The notes under the pieces were generated by a model. It saw only the letters and a program-made list of their open reading frames with translations. It had not been told where the DNA came from and searched no databases. The translations under genes and the position numbers were made by a program. DNA of 64,000 nt from Eledone cirrhosa (taxonomy: Eukaryota), in contig OZ024741.1 in assembly GCA_964016885.1 (NCBI GenBank), positions 233,244,001 through 233,308,000 on the forward strand, given 5' to 3'. Of this stretch, positions 38,640 through 50,924 are shown piece after piece (position 1 is the stretch's first letter; each line of letters starts with the position of its first letter).

Positions 38640-39030
38640 TGTGATACAAAAGCTCACAATGTCATGAAACACCATTGACATTTTATAAAAATAATTGAGT
38701 AGTATCTAATAAAAACAAAACACACTACTGAAGGGAATAAATAAAATAAGAAGCAAATGAAAAGGAGAAAAAGAGAAGGCTCAAGTGGCAAAAGAAAGGG
38801 AGAGGGGGGAGATACTGTCACTACGCCCCAGTGCCTCAACCGCACTCTGTGGACAAAATGGCACAAGCATTACTACAGAGAATAGTCAGAGACACCCGCT
38901 GCTTCAGCCACTTCACGGGGCTCCCTCAAGCAGGCCGCCGTTTTTCTGACTTTACGGAGGAAATCAACAATGCGGAAACCAAGGATGCCAGAGGTCTCAA
39001 CAGAGATTAGTGCAAAGAAGATGTGGTCGG
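38640..39030 (-). mobile_element. Second CRE-like 3' fragment, inserted in the degenerate array
   Basis: Reverse complement of 38855-39026 gives FALISVETSGILG...REPRE..WLKQRVSLTILCSNACAIL, homologous to 30700-30870. Confidence 0.7.
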
Positions 39031-39324
39031 TCAGGCGATGTAAAATATACCATCAACACCCACCCACTCATACACACACACACACACCAAAGCTAGTAAT
39101 AGGACCAAACCAGATGTAAAATTACTCACGAGCCCCCATGCCCCCACAAAGCTAATAATATGAACAGGTCAGATGGAAAATTTTACCCCACCCCAGCAAA
39201 GTTAGTTATAGGATCAGGCCTTAAAAAGGGTAATAGGACAGGTCCAGTTATAACATGTAACCCTCCCAACTAAAGATAGTAATATGACCAAGCTAGATGT
39301 GAAATGTACCAACATCCTCCATAA

Positions 39325-39512
39325 CAAATAATTGTTTCTACTTTAGGCACAACAAGGCCAGCAATTACTCAGTGCATTACTGGTACTTTATTTTATCGAC
39401 CCCGTAAGGATGAAAGGCAAAGTCAACCTCGGCGGGATTTGAACTCAGATCGTAAAGGGACGTAACTATGCTGGAAAGCATGGCGTCCGAGCCTCTACCG
39501 ATACTGCCAATC
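39325..39512 (-). mobile_element. SINE family A
   Basis: Consensus match. Confidence 0.9.
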
Positions 39513-41709
39513 GGGCCAGATGTAAAATGCCTTGCCACACACACACTCACACCAACGCTGGTAATATGACCATGGCAAGTGTAAAAATGTAGGTCTCCTT
39601 TCAAACTGCTCATTAAGTATTTCAGTAGTTGGTGCTAAACACGTGATTTATTTATGGGTTACATGTATATATACGTACCTGTAGTGGGCACAATGCATTT
39701 ACAATTAACATAACAGAATAAAAGAACTAAAACGTGATGGGTACAGCCCCTACTCCATTTCGAAATCGTAGGCCTATCTCAATTAGCCTACCTGTCACCA
39801 GCGATATAGAAGCATACAGATAAATATATATATGAATGAGTACATAAACACAGTTGCTTTGGAAACTTACAATTTCTTCAGCAACATTATAAATTCATAA
39901 TTGTATTTGGGTTACTTGACTAAAACTTTAAGCAACATTCTTAAAATGTTAATGTTTTCAGCAAAATAACATGTCTATCTTACACAAATTCTATAAATTA
40001 AATTTGTAAATGGCACAACCTATATGCAAATATATAAGACTTGCATGAAGTTCTATATAATAGTTGATATCTTTTTCCAGTGAAGGGGTTCTGTTTCTTA
40101 GGCATGAACTCTTTACACATATAGGTACATATAGATGTAGTAAGTTTAAGATGTAGTGCAAGAGATGGATGGGTTTGGTACTGTGGGAAATTTGTGACTT
40201 ATGGCAAATGAATTGAGTGTGTGTGTTTCAGTGAGTAGAGAGGTATGGCTATACTCATTGCCATAGTCAATAGTTGAAAGTAAAGCTGCCATGAACAATA
40301 ACAAACATTGATACAATGATTTTTATTAAGAAAATAACTTATATCAAAGCTATTATTGACAAAATAGGAAAACAACAAAGAACCAAGTGAATTGTTTCTT
40401 ATGTTTGTGTGATTGATTTGTGTGAATGTAGTAGTAGAATGACAAGATGCATTGAACTAACCTTTATTGAAGTGCTAAGCCTGTTGAGAGGGCTGGATAG
40501 TTTTTTGCTAAGCATTTCTTTACTGTTTGAGCCACTTAAAGCAATATGCTTCTCTTCCAAGAAACAAGAGCAGAATGGCTTTAAGAAAATCTTATCTCAA
40601 ATAACCCCAAGTTGGCCAGTTTCTTCAGACTACTGGCGCCAGCACAAGATAAAGAAAAATTGAACATCATGTCGTTTAGAGGTCAATATATGTGAAAAGA
40701 TTTTGCTACACATACATACTTTGCAATATTTGTTTCTAAATCCTAAATTCAAATCCCACACTGGTCTAAATGAGTGGTCAACTCAAGCCAAATCAGTTTC
40801 ACACGATCACCTGGCCCTTGGGTGATTTTAGTGATGTACGCCCTCTTACAGGCATTCAAGTTAGACCTCTGATTTGAGAATACCTTCCTCCCTCTTTACC
40901 ACTGGTTTCAGAGACCCTGTAAGGAATCATTGAGTCGTTCCCTTCCCTCCTTAATCAAATATAGAGACACTACATAAATACATCTGTACATATAAGGGGA
41001 AAGTAGACTGGTGATAGGATTCATGTTGGTTAAATTAGTCAGCATGGAATATCATCCATAGTAATATAATATGGTGTTGTGTGTTCATGCATGAGTGGAG
41101 ATATATGGAGTGTCGGTGTATAGAAATACAGTATGTATGTGAATAGATATATAATGTGCCTGTGAATAAATATATGGTGCTTGTGTGAATAGATATATAG
41201 TGCATATATATAAATCGGGATGGATTCCGTAAGAAACTGGTTAGCCCATTACTCACCAGAGTACTGGGTGGTAGTGTATGGTTATAAGAATGAGTCAAGA
41301 CCCTGACAGCTGAGCTCTTGTTGTTTCAACAGCTAGTTCCAAAATGTCAGCTGTCAGGGGTCCTGACTCATTCTTGTATATATATATATATATGTGTGTG
41401 TATGTGGTGAATATGTAAATAGATATGCAGTGTGTATGTGAACAGATATTGTGTGTGTGTGTATTTGTAGATCCAATTCTTGCTTGCAGGGAAAACAAAC
41501 ATTAAATGATGATGGTGTGTTTATATTAATATATATATTGCGTATATAGAGGTATGGTTAGTGTGTGGATGTATAAATTGATAAATGTGTGTGTGTATGT
41601 GTATAGATAATTAGTGTGTGCATGTAGATATATTGTATAAATGTACAGATTATATGTTGTAGGTGTATGTATAAATATGTCTTTAATTTCTTTTATAGAT
41701 ATATGGTGC

Positions 41710-41754
<45 letters not shown>

Positions 41755-41984
41755 TAGATATATGGTGTGTGTGTGTGTACATGTAAAAATATATGTGTTC
41801 ATATAAATATATGGTGTAACATATATGCATATACACACTGCTACATAGCACATTCTTGCAATCTCAAATTTCAATTTCCAAACTTAAGTATTCAGTCTGG
41901 CCCAGATTTTTGCCAAATTTTGGAAAGTTATGTAGTATGGGCAAGAATCTATTTGCCGAAAAGTGTGGGGGTGTTGGGGGGGAT

Positions 41985-42626
41985 AATAATGATTTTTGAT
42001 TTAGGCACAAGGCCATCAATTTGGAAAGAAGGGGAAAGTCAATCAAATTGACCCCAATACATTACGGATGCTTTATTTTATCAACCCTCTAAAGATGAAA
42101 GGCAAAGCTTAACCTGAGCAGGATTTGAAATCAGAACATAAAGGGCCATAACTCTATGCCCTGAAGCATGTTGTCCGACGCCCTACAACAATTTTGGGAG
42201 AGGGGAAAGTCGATTAAATCGACCCCAGTGTGTTACTGGTGCTTTATTTTATCAACCCAGTAAGAATGAAAAGCAAAACTAACCTCGACGGGATTTGAAC
42301 TCAGAACGTAAAGGGCTGTAACTCTATGCCACAAAGCATGTTGTCCGTCACTCCACCAATACTGCCAATCCACTGCCGAATAATAATAATAATAATAATA
42401 ATGATTTCTACTATAGGCACAAGGCCAGTAATTTGGGGGGGGGGGGGGGGGAAATCCGCTTAAATCAACCCCAGTACGTTACTGGGGCTTTATTTTATCG
42501 ACCCCATAAGGATGAAAGGCAAAGCTAACCTCGGTGGGATTTGAACTCAGAACATAAAGGGCTGTAACTGTATGCCACAAAGCACGTTGTCCATCATTCC
42601 ACCAATACTGCCAATCCACTGCCGAA
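41985..42626 (-). mobile_element. Three adjacent copies of an older, longer-tailed SINE family A variant
   Basis: Units at about 41990-42190, 42195-42380 and 42400-42626 carry an extra ggggaaagtcgattaaatcgacccc segment. Confidence 0.85.
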
Positions 42627-42639
42627 TAATAATAATAAT

Positions 42640-43430
42640 GGTTTCATTTATTGGCCACAAGAACCGACATATAGGGGACAATACAAAGACAGGAACAGTG
42701 GGGGTTTAAAATAAAATTTAGTGAAAGTACACAATAACAAAAACCATTAACAATGAAACTATATAAAAATATATAAAAATATAACAAAATAAATTCTCCA
42801 ATAGGGGGTGAACGACCCAAGGGCGATTCAGGTACCCCAACAGTCCTGAATTACCCGATGCTTCAAGGACACCCCTCTCCTCCTCAAGTTGACCAGCCCA
42901 CAGGCACACACGGAATAAGCCCATTCACATGGGCCACTCTTGCCACATTCACCCACCTTTTAGCAAATGTACTGGGGGTCAGCACTTATCTCTCCACCCT
43001 CACCTTCGTTTCCAAGTGAAACTTGAAAAAGTTGATGAGGGATTGGCTGAAGAGAAAAATGTCTGTCTTCAATGCTTCCAGCCTGGTCCACCACACAACC
43101 TCTTTTGCTTCAGCCATCAGATGGAAGAAAACTGCCCTCCCTTTCTGACCAAAAGAAGGCAGTACTCCCCAGTAGCACTGCCAAGTAAGAGATTTCTGGA
43201 GGTTATCCATAGTCCCCAGCTCAAAAGTCCTCCGAAACAGACTGATCAGTTCACCCGGAACCTCTCCGAGTGCATTGTCACACTTGCCCACCACTAATCC
43301 TCAATAGAACTCGAGAGGTGATGTTTCACTAACCGCATTGCCTGCCTGGTAGAGGGCAGTGAGTGCCTGGCAATACTCCAGATGCCAGGCGCCCAGTCTT
43401 GGTCTGTTCTTGACCCAGAACTGCATATCA
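42640..43430 (-). mobile_element. Tx1-clade LINE 3' fragment related to 10717-14480
   Basis: MDNLQKSLTWQCY...MAEAKEVVWWTRL...FFKFHLETKVRVER; same tttattggccaca 3' end. Confidence 0.88.
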
Positions 43431-44174
43431 TAATACATACATAGACACACACACATATACATACATATGTGTGTGTGCATGTGTATAAGTCAGTGGGTGA
43501 GAATAAATTTACATGTATATATATTTATGTATGTGTACACAGAAGGTGCAGTGAGATATCAGGTAGGCTGACATAGAAAAAATATTTCATATGCAATAGA
43601 TGCAGAGAGTAGTTAGCAGGTAAGAAAAAAATTCCTTAAAATTCAGAAGGCTCACTGGTTGTGGGTGGTGGGTTCTGTTACCTAGGTGATGTAATCAGTA
43701 GTAGATGTGGGTGTAAAATGCACAGTAACTAGAGTAAGGTGTGTGAAATAAGGGAGTTATTACTACTGTTCACGAGAAAGACATTCTCTCTTCAAAAGAA
43801 AAGATATGGTAGGCTTGATTATAAAGTATGATATTGCATGGTAGTGAGATCCAGATATTGAATGTGGAGGATATATGAAGGGTGGAAAGAAATGAAGTAT
43901 TCATGTTCTGCTAGATGTTTTATGTCAGCATGCATGAATGACAAAGTTCATGAGTGCTGATTAAATTGGCAATTAAAAGAGTCTTTAGAAAAGGAAAACC
44001 AAAGAAAACATGAACAGAAGTGGTGAGGGCTGATCTCTGGCTGTCTTCTCATATAGGAGATGACAAAGGACCGTGACAAGTAAAGAGACACTGTGTTGGC
44101 TCTGTCTCATCCAACCCAAGCCAGCATGGAAAAGTAGATGTAAAAGTAAAGTTATATATATTTTTTATTTTTAC

Positions 44175-44520
44175 TTGGTAGGTCTGAGACTGGAGAGATT
44201 GATCCCATTGATGCTCTGTTTAAATTGTTGCAGGTTCACACCTTTGGAAAAAAAAGCCTGAGCAAGAAATAAGTTCCAGAGAGCAGACATTCTGGGCTGG
44301 AACGGCTGAACATAGTGGTTAGTGTAGCATATGGGAGACTTGATACAACATGGGTGATGAGAAGAAGAGAGATGAGTGACTCAGGAGTGCCTGAATGGAG
44401 TTGGCATAAGTTCAGCAAGCTCCAAGCAGCAGACCATTGTAGTAAGAGTAGAAGTGGCAGAGGGAGAAGATAGCATGACTGGTTAAAAGGTGTCAGAAAG
44501 GGACTTTAAACTGATTAGTT
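44175..44520 (-). mobile_element. CR1/L2-group LINE 3' fossil
   Basis: Reverse complement gives SSLCHFYSYYNG...LWN...VNLQQFKQSINGINL across frameshifts. Confidence 0.6.
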
Positions 44521-45678
44521 GAATATCTTTTTCTGAATGCAGTCAAAGATGCCAGTGTGAGCACCACGATAGATGTATATACACAAATATATATTTTATA
44601 TTGCATTGCATGTATATCTTATGTATATGTCATTCTGACTATACTTTTATCCTTATTCAAGCGATGTGTGTGCATACATGTCTATGAATCTATACATTGA
44701 ACGTTAAAAATCACTTTCCTTAATTTGAACCAAGAAGCATCATGTCTGCAATAAAAAAAAAAATGACATAGTCTTGATTGGAAAGTCTTTGACCATAAGT
44801 CTGCTGAATCTGGACCTAAACAACAACAGCAATAACACTACCCATCGAGTCCATCGAACAGCTTTCATTCCCTCATTTCTTTGAGCATGCAGCTTAACTT
44901 GGACAATGCAACCTTTGTGTTGCATATTCAAGAAATGGTCTAGTTCAATTCTCCCTGTTAGTACGTCAGTTCTAATTGCCTCTTCTAATTTAACTGTTAA
45001 CTCCCCTTCCTCTCTATTTTTTCTATCACTACTTATTTCCTAAAAGCTATTGATTCCAGTTTAATCTCTCTCTTGAGAGTATCTCACCACCTGTTGTTAA
45101 CGATTCGCTAGGTATGCCGGATAGTGTATGAATTTGCCTCCCCGAGAGTTTTTTACAACCATGTTTCTATCTTGAATAACACCGAAGTAGTACCAAACTG
45201 CCTGACTTAAGCAATGTGCTACATGTCTGGAAATATAATTTTCGGTGCTCTTTCAACTTCATGAGTAGGTCCAGCCACTGGCCGTTTGGATTGTACCAAA
45301 ATATAGTTAAGAGTTTTCTTGGCAGTTGCTGCCAACATCTCAAGCAGGGCAGCTATGTTGGCTCTAGTTTTATCTAATTTAACAAGTTTGTCCTAGTTCA
45401 AAATATCCAAATTGAACATTTGGGTGGCTTTAGCAGCCGATCCTGCAGGAGTTTTGTTCATGTTGTTGTTATTGTTGGTGTTGTTGTTTGTATTGTTGTT
45501 GTTGCTATCCGTGTTGTTATCTGTGTTACTGTTATTTTTGTTGTTTGCTTGTTATATTTGTTGTTGCAGTGGTGATAATGGTATTGATTTTGGGGCTGGC
45601 TGGTGTTGTTGCAGGTGGTATCGGTGTTGGTGTTGATGTTGGTGGTGGAGGAGGTAGTATTCTTGCAAGCATTGTTGT

Positions 45679-46353
45679 CTACGGGGTCGATAAAATAAAG
45701 TACCAGTAATGCACTGATATAATTGGTGGCCTTTTGCCAAAAGTAGAAACAATTATTTTCTTTTGGTCGACTGGCAGTATCGGTAGAGGGTCGGACGCCA
45801 TGCTTTCCAGCATAGAGTTACGTCCCTTTATGATCTGAGTTCAAATCCTGCCGAGGTTAACTTTGCCTTTCATCCTTACGGGGTCGATAAAATAAAGTAC
45901 CAGTAATGCACTGGGTAATTGCTGGTCTTGTGCCAAAAGTAGAAACAATTATTTTCTTTTGGTCGACTGGCAGTATCGGTAGAGGGTCGGACGCCATGCT
46001 TTCCAGCATAGAGTTACGTCCCTTTATGATCTGAGTTCAAATCCTGCCGAGGTTAACTTTGCCTTACATCCTTACGGGGTCGATAAAATAAAGTACCAGT
46101 AATGCACTGGGTAATTGCTGGTCTTGTGCCAAAAGTAGAAACAATTATTTTCTTTTGGTCGACTGGCAGTATCGGTAGAGGGTCGGACGCCATGCTTTCC
46201 AGCATAGAGTTACGTCCCTTTATGATCTGAGTTCAAATCCTGCCGAGGTTAACTTTGCCTTTCATCCTTACGGGGTCGATAAAATAAAGTACCAGTAATG
46301 CACTGGGATAATTGATGGCCTTGTGCTAAAAGTAGAAACAATTATTTTCTTTT
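45679..46353 (+). repeat. Head-to-tail tandem array of SINE family A (one partial plus three full units, 196-bp period)
   Basis: ctggcagtatcgg at 45771, 45967 and 46163; shared linker attttcttttggtcga. Confidence 0.95.
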
Positions 46354-46776
46354 GGTGTTCCTGTGATGGTGATGGGGTATTAAAAGTTTTAGTGGTGGCA
46401 AATTTGTTTCATAGTTTTCTCATGTTGTGTTACTGTTGTTGCTGCTGTCACTGACTTTTACAATTTTGCAGTTCCATTCTGCAGATGGTTAACTCTACCC
46501 TTCAGCAGATGTACACTCCTCATCCACCATCTTTCTTTTTTAAACAAAAATTGAGGGGCATGTTTGATAAACAAATCCCAGTTTAGCACCTACAGGCTAA
46601 ACTAGAGATAAACTAACCAGCCCACGAAGATACTGGTTAGTTTAACTACAAAACAGTAACAAAAATTCAATACAATAGGTTAAATAACTGTGAAAATAGA
46701 ACAAACTTACAGGAGTGATGTGATCCACGTCTCGAAAGACTCAACAACAGAGGTGATGATGATGATGATGATGATG

Positions 46777-46848
<72 letters not shown>

Positions 46849-46849
<1 letters not shown>

Positions 46850-47081
46850 TGGTCCCGATTGTCATAGGCGCACTAGGTACTATATCAAAAAGTTTCCAGG
46901 GATGGTTAAAGAAAATTGGCCCCGCCCCGCTTTTTGGAACGCTTCAAAAGGCATGCTTGCTGGGAACAGCAAGAACCCTCCGATACGTCCTGAATATCTG
47001 AGGCTGCAGGTAGTGGCTTGATATTCATTTCAACAAACTTTCCAGTTAACTAACATCAATGACTGAGACTCAAAGAACAAC

Positions 47082-47082
<1 letters not shown>
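46849..47082 (+). mobile_element. R4/Dong-like retroposon 3' end embedded in (TAA)n
   Basis: VPIVIGALGTISK...LQKACLLGTARTLRYVL*, with (AAT)n on both sides (46778-46846 and 47083-47150). Confidence 0.85.
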
Positions 47083-47114
<32 letters not shown>

Positions 47115-47559
47115 TAATAATAAATAATAATAATAATAATAATAATAATAAAGCAAATCAACAACAACTATTACACTCTACATCAGTATAATAACATTTA
47201 ATGTAAAAAGTTCATGTCTGGATAAATAGCTGTGTCTGGAATACTTCAAAAATACAAACTCTTTCAATGAATTCTGACATTTACCAAATTGTGAGAAAAA
47301 AAAAAATGACATTTAATGGTTGCTTGTGTGTGTGTGTGTGTGTTTCTGCTATTTAGTCAGGTGGGGGTGAAGAGCAGAACCAGTGACCCCTATTCAGAGG
47401 TTCCAAGACCTGTAGCAAGCAGAGAGGGAGGTATACTCAAACATGAGACCTGATCCAAATACTTGCAGCTGAATCAATTCTTCTAAAGGCACCCAAGGGT
47501 CAGTTGCTTTGACTGTTGTTAAACTCAGCAATGGATTCAGTCTACCCACGCAAATAGGG

Positions 47560-47908
47560 CTATATCAGGATTTGAATTCAGAATACAAACAGCTGGAACA
47601 AATACCACAAGGCATCGCAGCCAATACCTCAATCCACAGCCCTGAACAGGTACTTTATTTCATCAACACTAGAAGGATGAAAAGCAAAGTTGACTTCTGC
47701 AGGATTTGAACAGAGATTAAAGAAAGTGGAGCAAATACCACAAGGCATTATTTTATCCTACATGTATAGAGTTACGGCCCTTGCCATTCTGAGTTCAAAT
47801 CCTGCCGAGGTTAACTTTCCCTTTCATCCTTACGGGGGTCGATAAAATAAAGTACCAGTAATGCACTGGGTAATTGCTGGCCTTGTGCCTAATGTAGAAA
47901 CAATTATT
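47560..47908. mobile_element. Decayed minus-strand SINE fragments with a younger 5'-truncated family A copy (47768-47908, +) inserted
   Basis: Consensus match; duplicated attattttatcctaca flanks. Confidence 0.8.
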
Positions 47909-48059
47909 TTATCCTACACACTGACATCTTTGCCAATTCACTGTTGATGTTGTTGCTGAATCCTACCAAACATGTCCTCACAACTAAACTACACCTTAAA
48001 ACCTGTTCTTACAACAACACTGTACAACAAAACATGTCCTTAAACCACAGTGTATTTCA

Positions 48060-49488
48060 TGAGGTACATCTGGGAGCAATGACTAATCTCTTGGAGGGTG
48101 AGGTCACAAGAGCTTAAATGTAGCAAGGCTGCTGGGGAATATGAAATACAGCCAAAGATGTTAAAAACCTTAAATAGAGAAAGTATTCTCTGACTGACTC
48201 GTGTATGCTAGGTGGCCTGGATTTCTGGAAAGGCACCCAAGCAATGGCAATCAAGAGTGATAATCCCAATTTTCAAAAAGGGAAACAAAAGAGATTGCTC
48301 CAATTATAGAAAGGTCCCCTTTTTAAGCCTCCCCAATAAAGTCTGTGCTAAGTGTCTGGCAAAGCAATGTAGTGAGATTGTTGAATTCAAGCTAGCTGAT
48401 GAATAGTTTGGTTTTTGCTCCGGATGCAGCACAACCAACCAAATATTCACACTGCAGCAGGTCTTTCAGAAATCGTGTTGGTATTGCCAAGAGATGTATG
48501 ACTGTGTTCCATGGGACCTGCTGTGGAAGGTTCTGCGGGAGTATGGGATCGATGATCAGTTTCTTACTGCCCTGATGTCTTTATACGAATGTCCAAGTAT
48601 TTGTGCTTGGATATATGGTGCTAAATCGAAAACGTTCAATATAGGAATCAGACTCTGCCAAGGGTGCATACTATCACCTCTCTTGGTCATTATTTTCATG
48701 ATCAGGATTGTCATGCACTGCCAGGTTGGAAGTGATATCATAATGGGAATCAGTCGGCTGAAATTTGCAAACGACAGAGTATTACTTAAATCAAAAGGTG
48801 ATCTCTGACTTGCATTTTATAGGTTTCATGCTGAGTGCTGCACGGCTGGAATCAAAATCAGTGCTGCAAAAACTGAGACAGTCGTCCTCTAAAGGAAACC
48901 TGCGCAGTGCACTCTACATGTAAATGGAGTTCCACTGAAGCAGGTGGAGAAGTTCAAGTATCTCGGGACCATATTCATGAGTGATGGAAGGCAGGAGGCT
49001 GAATTATGTACAAGAATTGCAGGAGCTGGTGAAGTAATGTGCCAGCTTCAGTATTTGGTAATCAGAAGAAGTGGGGGTAAACATAAAAGCCAAACTCGCT
49101 ATCTTTAATTCACTATTCGTGCCAACCCTTACCTATGGTCATGATTCTTGGGTAGTAACCGAAAGAATACGATCGCGAATACAAGTGGCCAAAATGGGGT
49201 TCCTCCGAGCCGCAAAAGTCACTCCAAGTAGAGCTGCTACTTCTCCAAATTAAGAGATCACAGCTCCGATACTATGGGCATATGGTTAGAATGTCTCAGG
49301 AAAGAATCGCTGAACAGATTTCACAGGCAAAACCAGCCGGCAGGAGACCCAGAGGCAGATCCTGAGCAAGATGGTTAGATAACATCCATGAGCTCAGCTA
49401 GTCTCGCTTGAGGATCCACCCGGATCGGTTGGAAACAGCTGCTCCTGATAGGACCTGCTGGTAGGAGTGTTTCAGGACTCTTCCCCAA
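48060..49488 (+). mobile_element. RTE-clade LINE fossil (RT through 3' end)
   Basis: PKQWQSRVIIPIFKKGNKRDCSNYR, QGCILSPLL, VEKFKYLG, PTLTYGHDSW, QLRYYGH. Confidence 0.9.
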
Positions 49489-49872
49489 TATATATATATA
49501 TATATGTATATATATATTGTGGCTACTAACAGTATTACAAATTCTTTATATGTGAATGTATATGTGTGTGAATGAGCATTCAGGTACGTCACCCTTCTCT
49601 GTCTAGATTCTTCCACAGCTCAACACCCAATTAGGCCAGTCATTCATATCGCTAGAGCAGCATTTTTCTATATTCTCTTCTGTTGCATTTTTGTTCATTT
49701 GTCACACTTCCCCTCCTCCTCTTCCTCTTTTTTTTTCTTCTCCTCCTCCTCCTCCTCCTCCTCCTCCTCCTCCTTATTCTTCTTATTCTTATTCTTCTGT
49801 CTTCTTTTAACAATCATGTAAAAAGAGTTCATTATTCAATTAACCATATCCTCTCTCTAACATATCACAGCT

Positions 49873-50003
49873 GGTTTAACCCTACTATATGAAGTGTCTT
49901 CTACCACAGTCTACACCAGGTTTAACCCTACTATATGAAGTGTCTTCTACCACAGTCTACACCAGGTTTAACCCTACTATATGAAGTGTCTTCTACCACA
50001 GTC
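49873..50003 (+). repeat. 46-bp tandem repeat, 3 copies
   Basis: Unit ggtttaaccctactatatgaagtgtcttctaccacagtctacacca. Confidence 0.92.
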
Positions 50004-50145
50004 TCAGCTTAACAAATGTCTTAGGAGTGAAATTTGCTAGACACAAGCTTGGTCGGAAGCCATTTCTGCCACCTCTGACATCACTGTCTCTCTTACATTG
50101 CTCCTTCTACTAACACCATCTTGCTCTCATCATATCCTCTACCCC

Positions 50146-50219
<74 letters not shown>

Positions 50220-50496
50220 TTCTCTCTCTCTCCTTTCACTCTCTTACCCAGGTTCCTTTACTCTCATCATTTTCTCTTCTATACATCTTTAATGAATGGA
50301 GACAATGTTGATAAAATACACTCAGTACGCTCTGTTAAGGAAATGGTATTAGGCAGAAACCATATTAAAAAGGAAATATATAAGCAAGACATGATCATCT
50401 GACTCGTCTGGAAGGGAAGTAACTCTGAATAAGGACAATTGGACTGTCATAAATCCTTCAATCCATGCCTGCATGGAAAGTGAACATGATAGGCTG

Positions 50497-50680
50497 ATAA
50501 TTGTTTCTACTTTAGGCACAAGGCCAGCAATTACCCGTTCATTACTGGTACTTTATTTTATCGACCCCGTAAGGATGAAAGGCAAAGTCAGCCTCGGCGG
50601 GATTTGAATTCAGGTCGTAAAGGGACGTAACTATGCTGGAAAGCATGGCGTCCGACCCTCTACCAATACTGCCAATCCAC
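50497..50680 (-). mobile_element. SINE family A
   Basis: Consensus match. Confidence 0.9.
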
Positions 50681-50924
50681 ATAATGAAGATGATACAGTC
50701 ACTACACATATGCACGCACACATACACATACACACATGCACAAGTGAGTGAAACATATGCATATATATGCATGCACACACATGTAGCACATGCATGCACT
50801 TGTACAACATTCACAGAATACCCATACATAATAAATAATGTAAGGGTAGATCCTGGGTTGGCAAGTTAGCAGAAGAATCTTCATAGCATCATTTCTCAAA
50901 ACCATGTATACTGTGTTCATTATC

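Larger units (their letters stand above)
38350..39592 (+). repeat. Degenerate tandem array, ~55-65 bp period (core aaagctrgtaataggac-N5-7-agatgtaaaatgtac plus a C-rich variable part)
   Basis: About 12-13 recognisable units, interrupted by a CRE-like fragment and a SINE. Confidence 0.75.

Noticed and set aside
38350-39592. CRISPR array
   Set aside because: Eukaryotic context, highly degenerate repeats, low-complexity spacers and no cas genes; kept only as a tandem array.
44860-45450. Decayed LINE or host coding sequence
   Set aside because: No frame gave a motif I could recognise with confidence.
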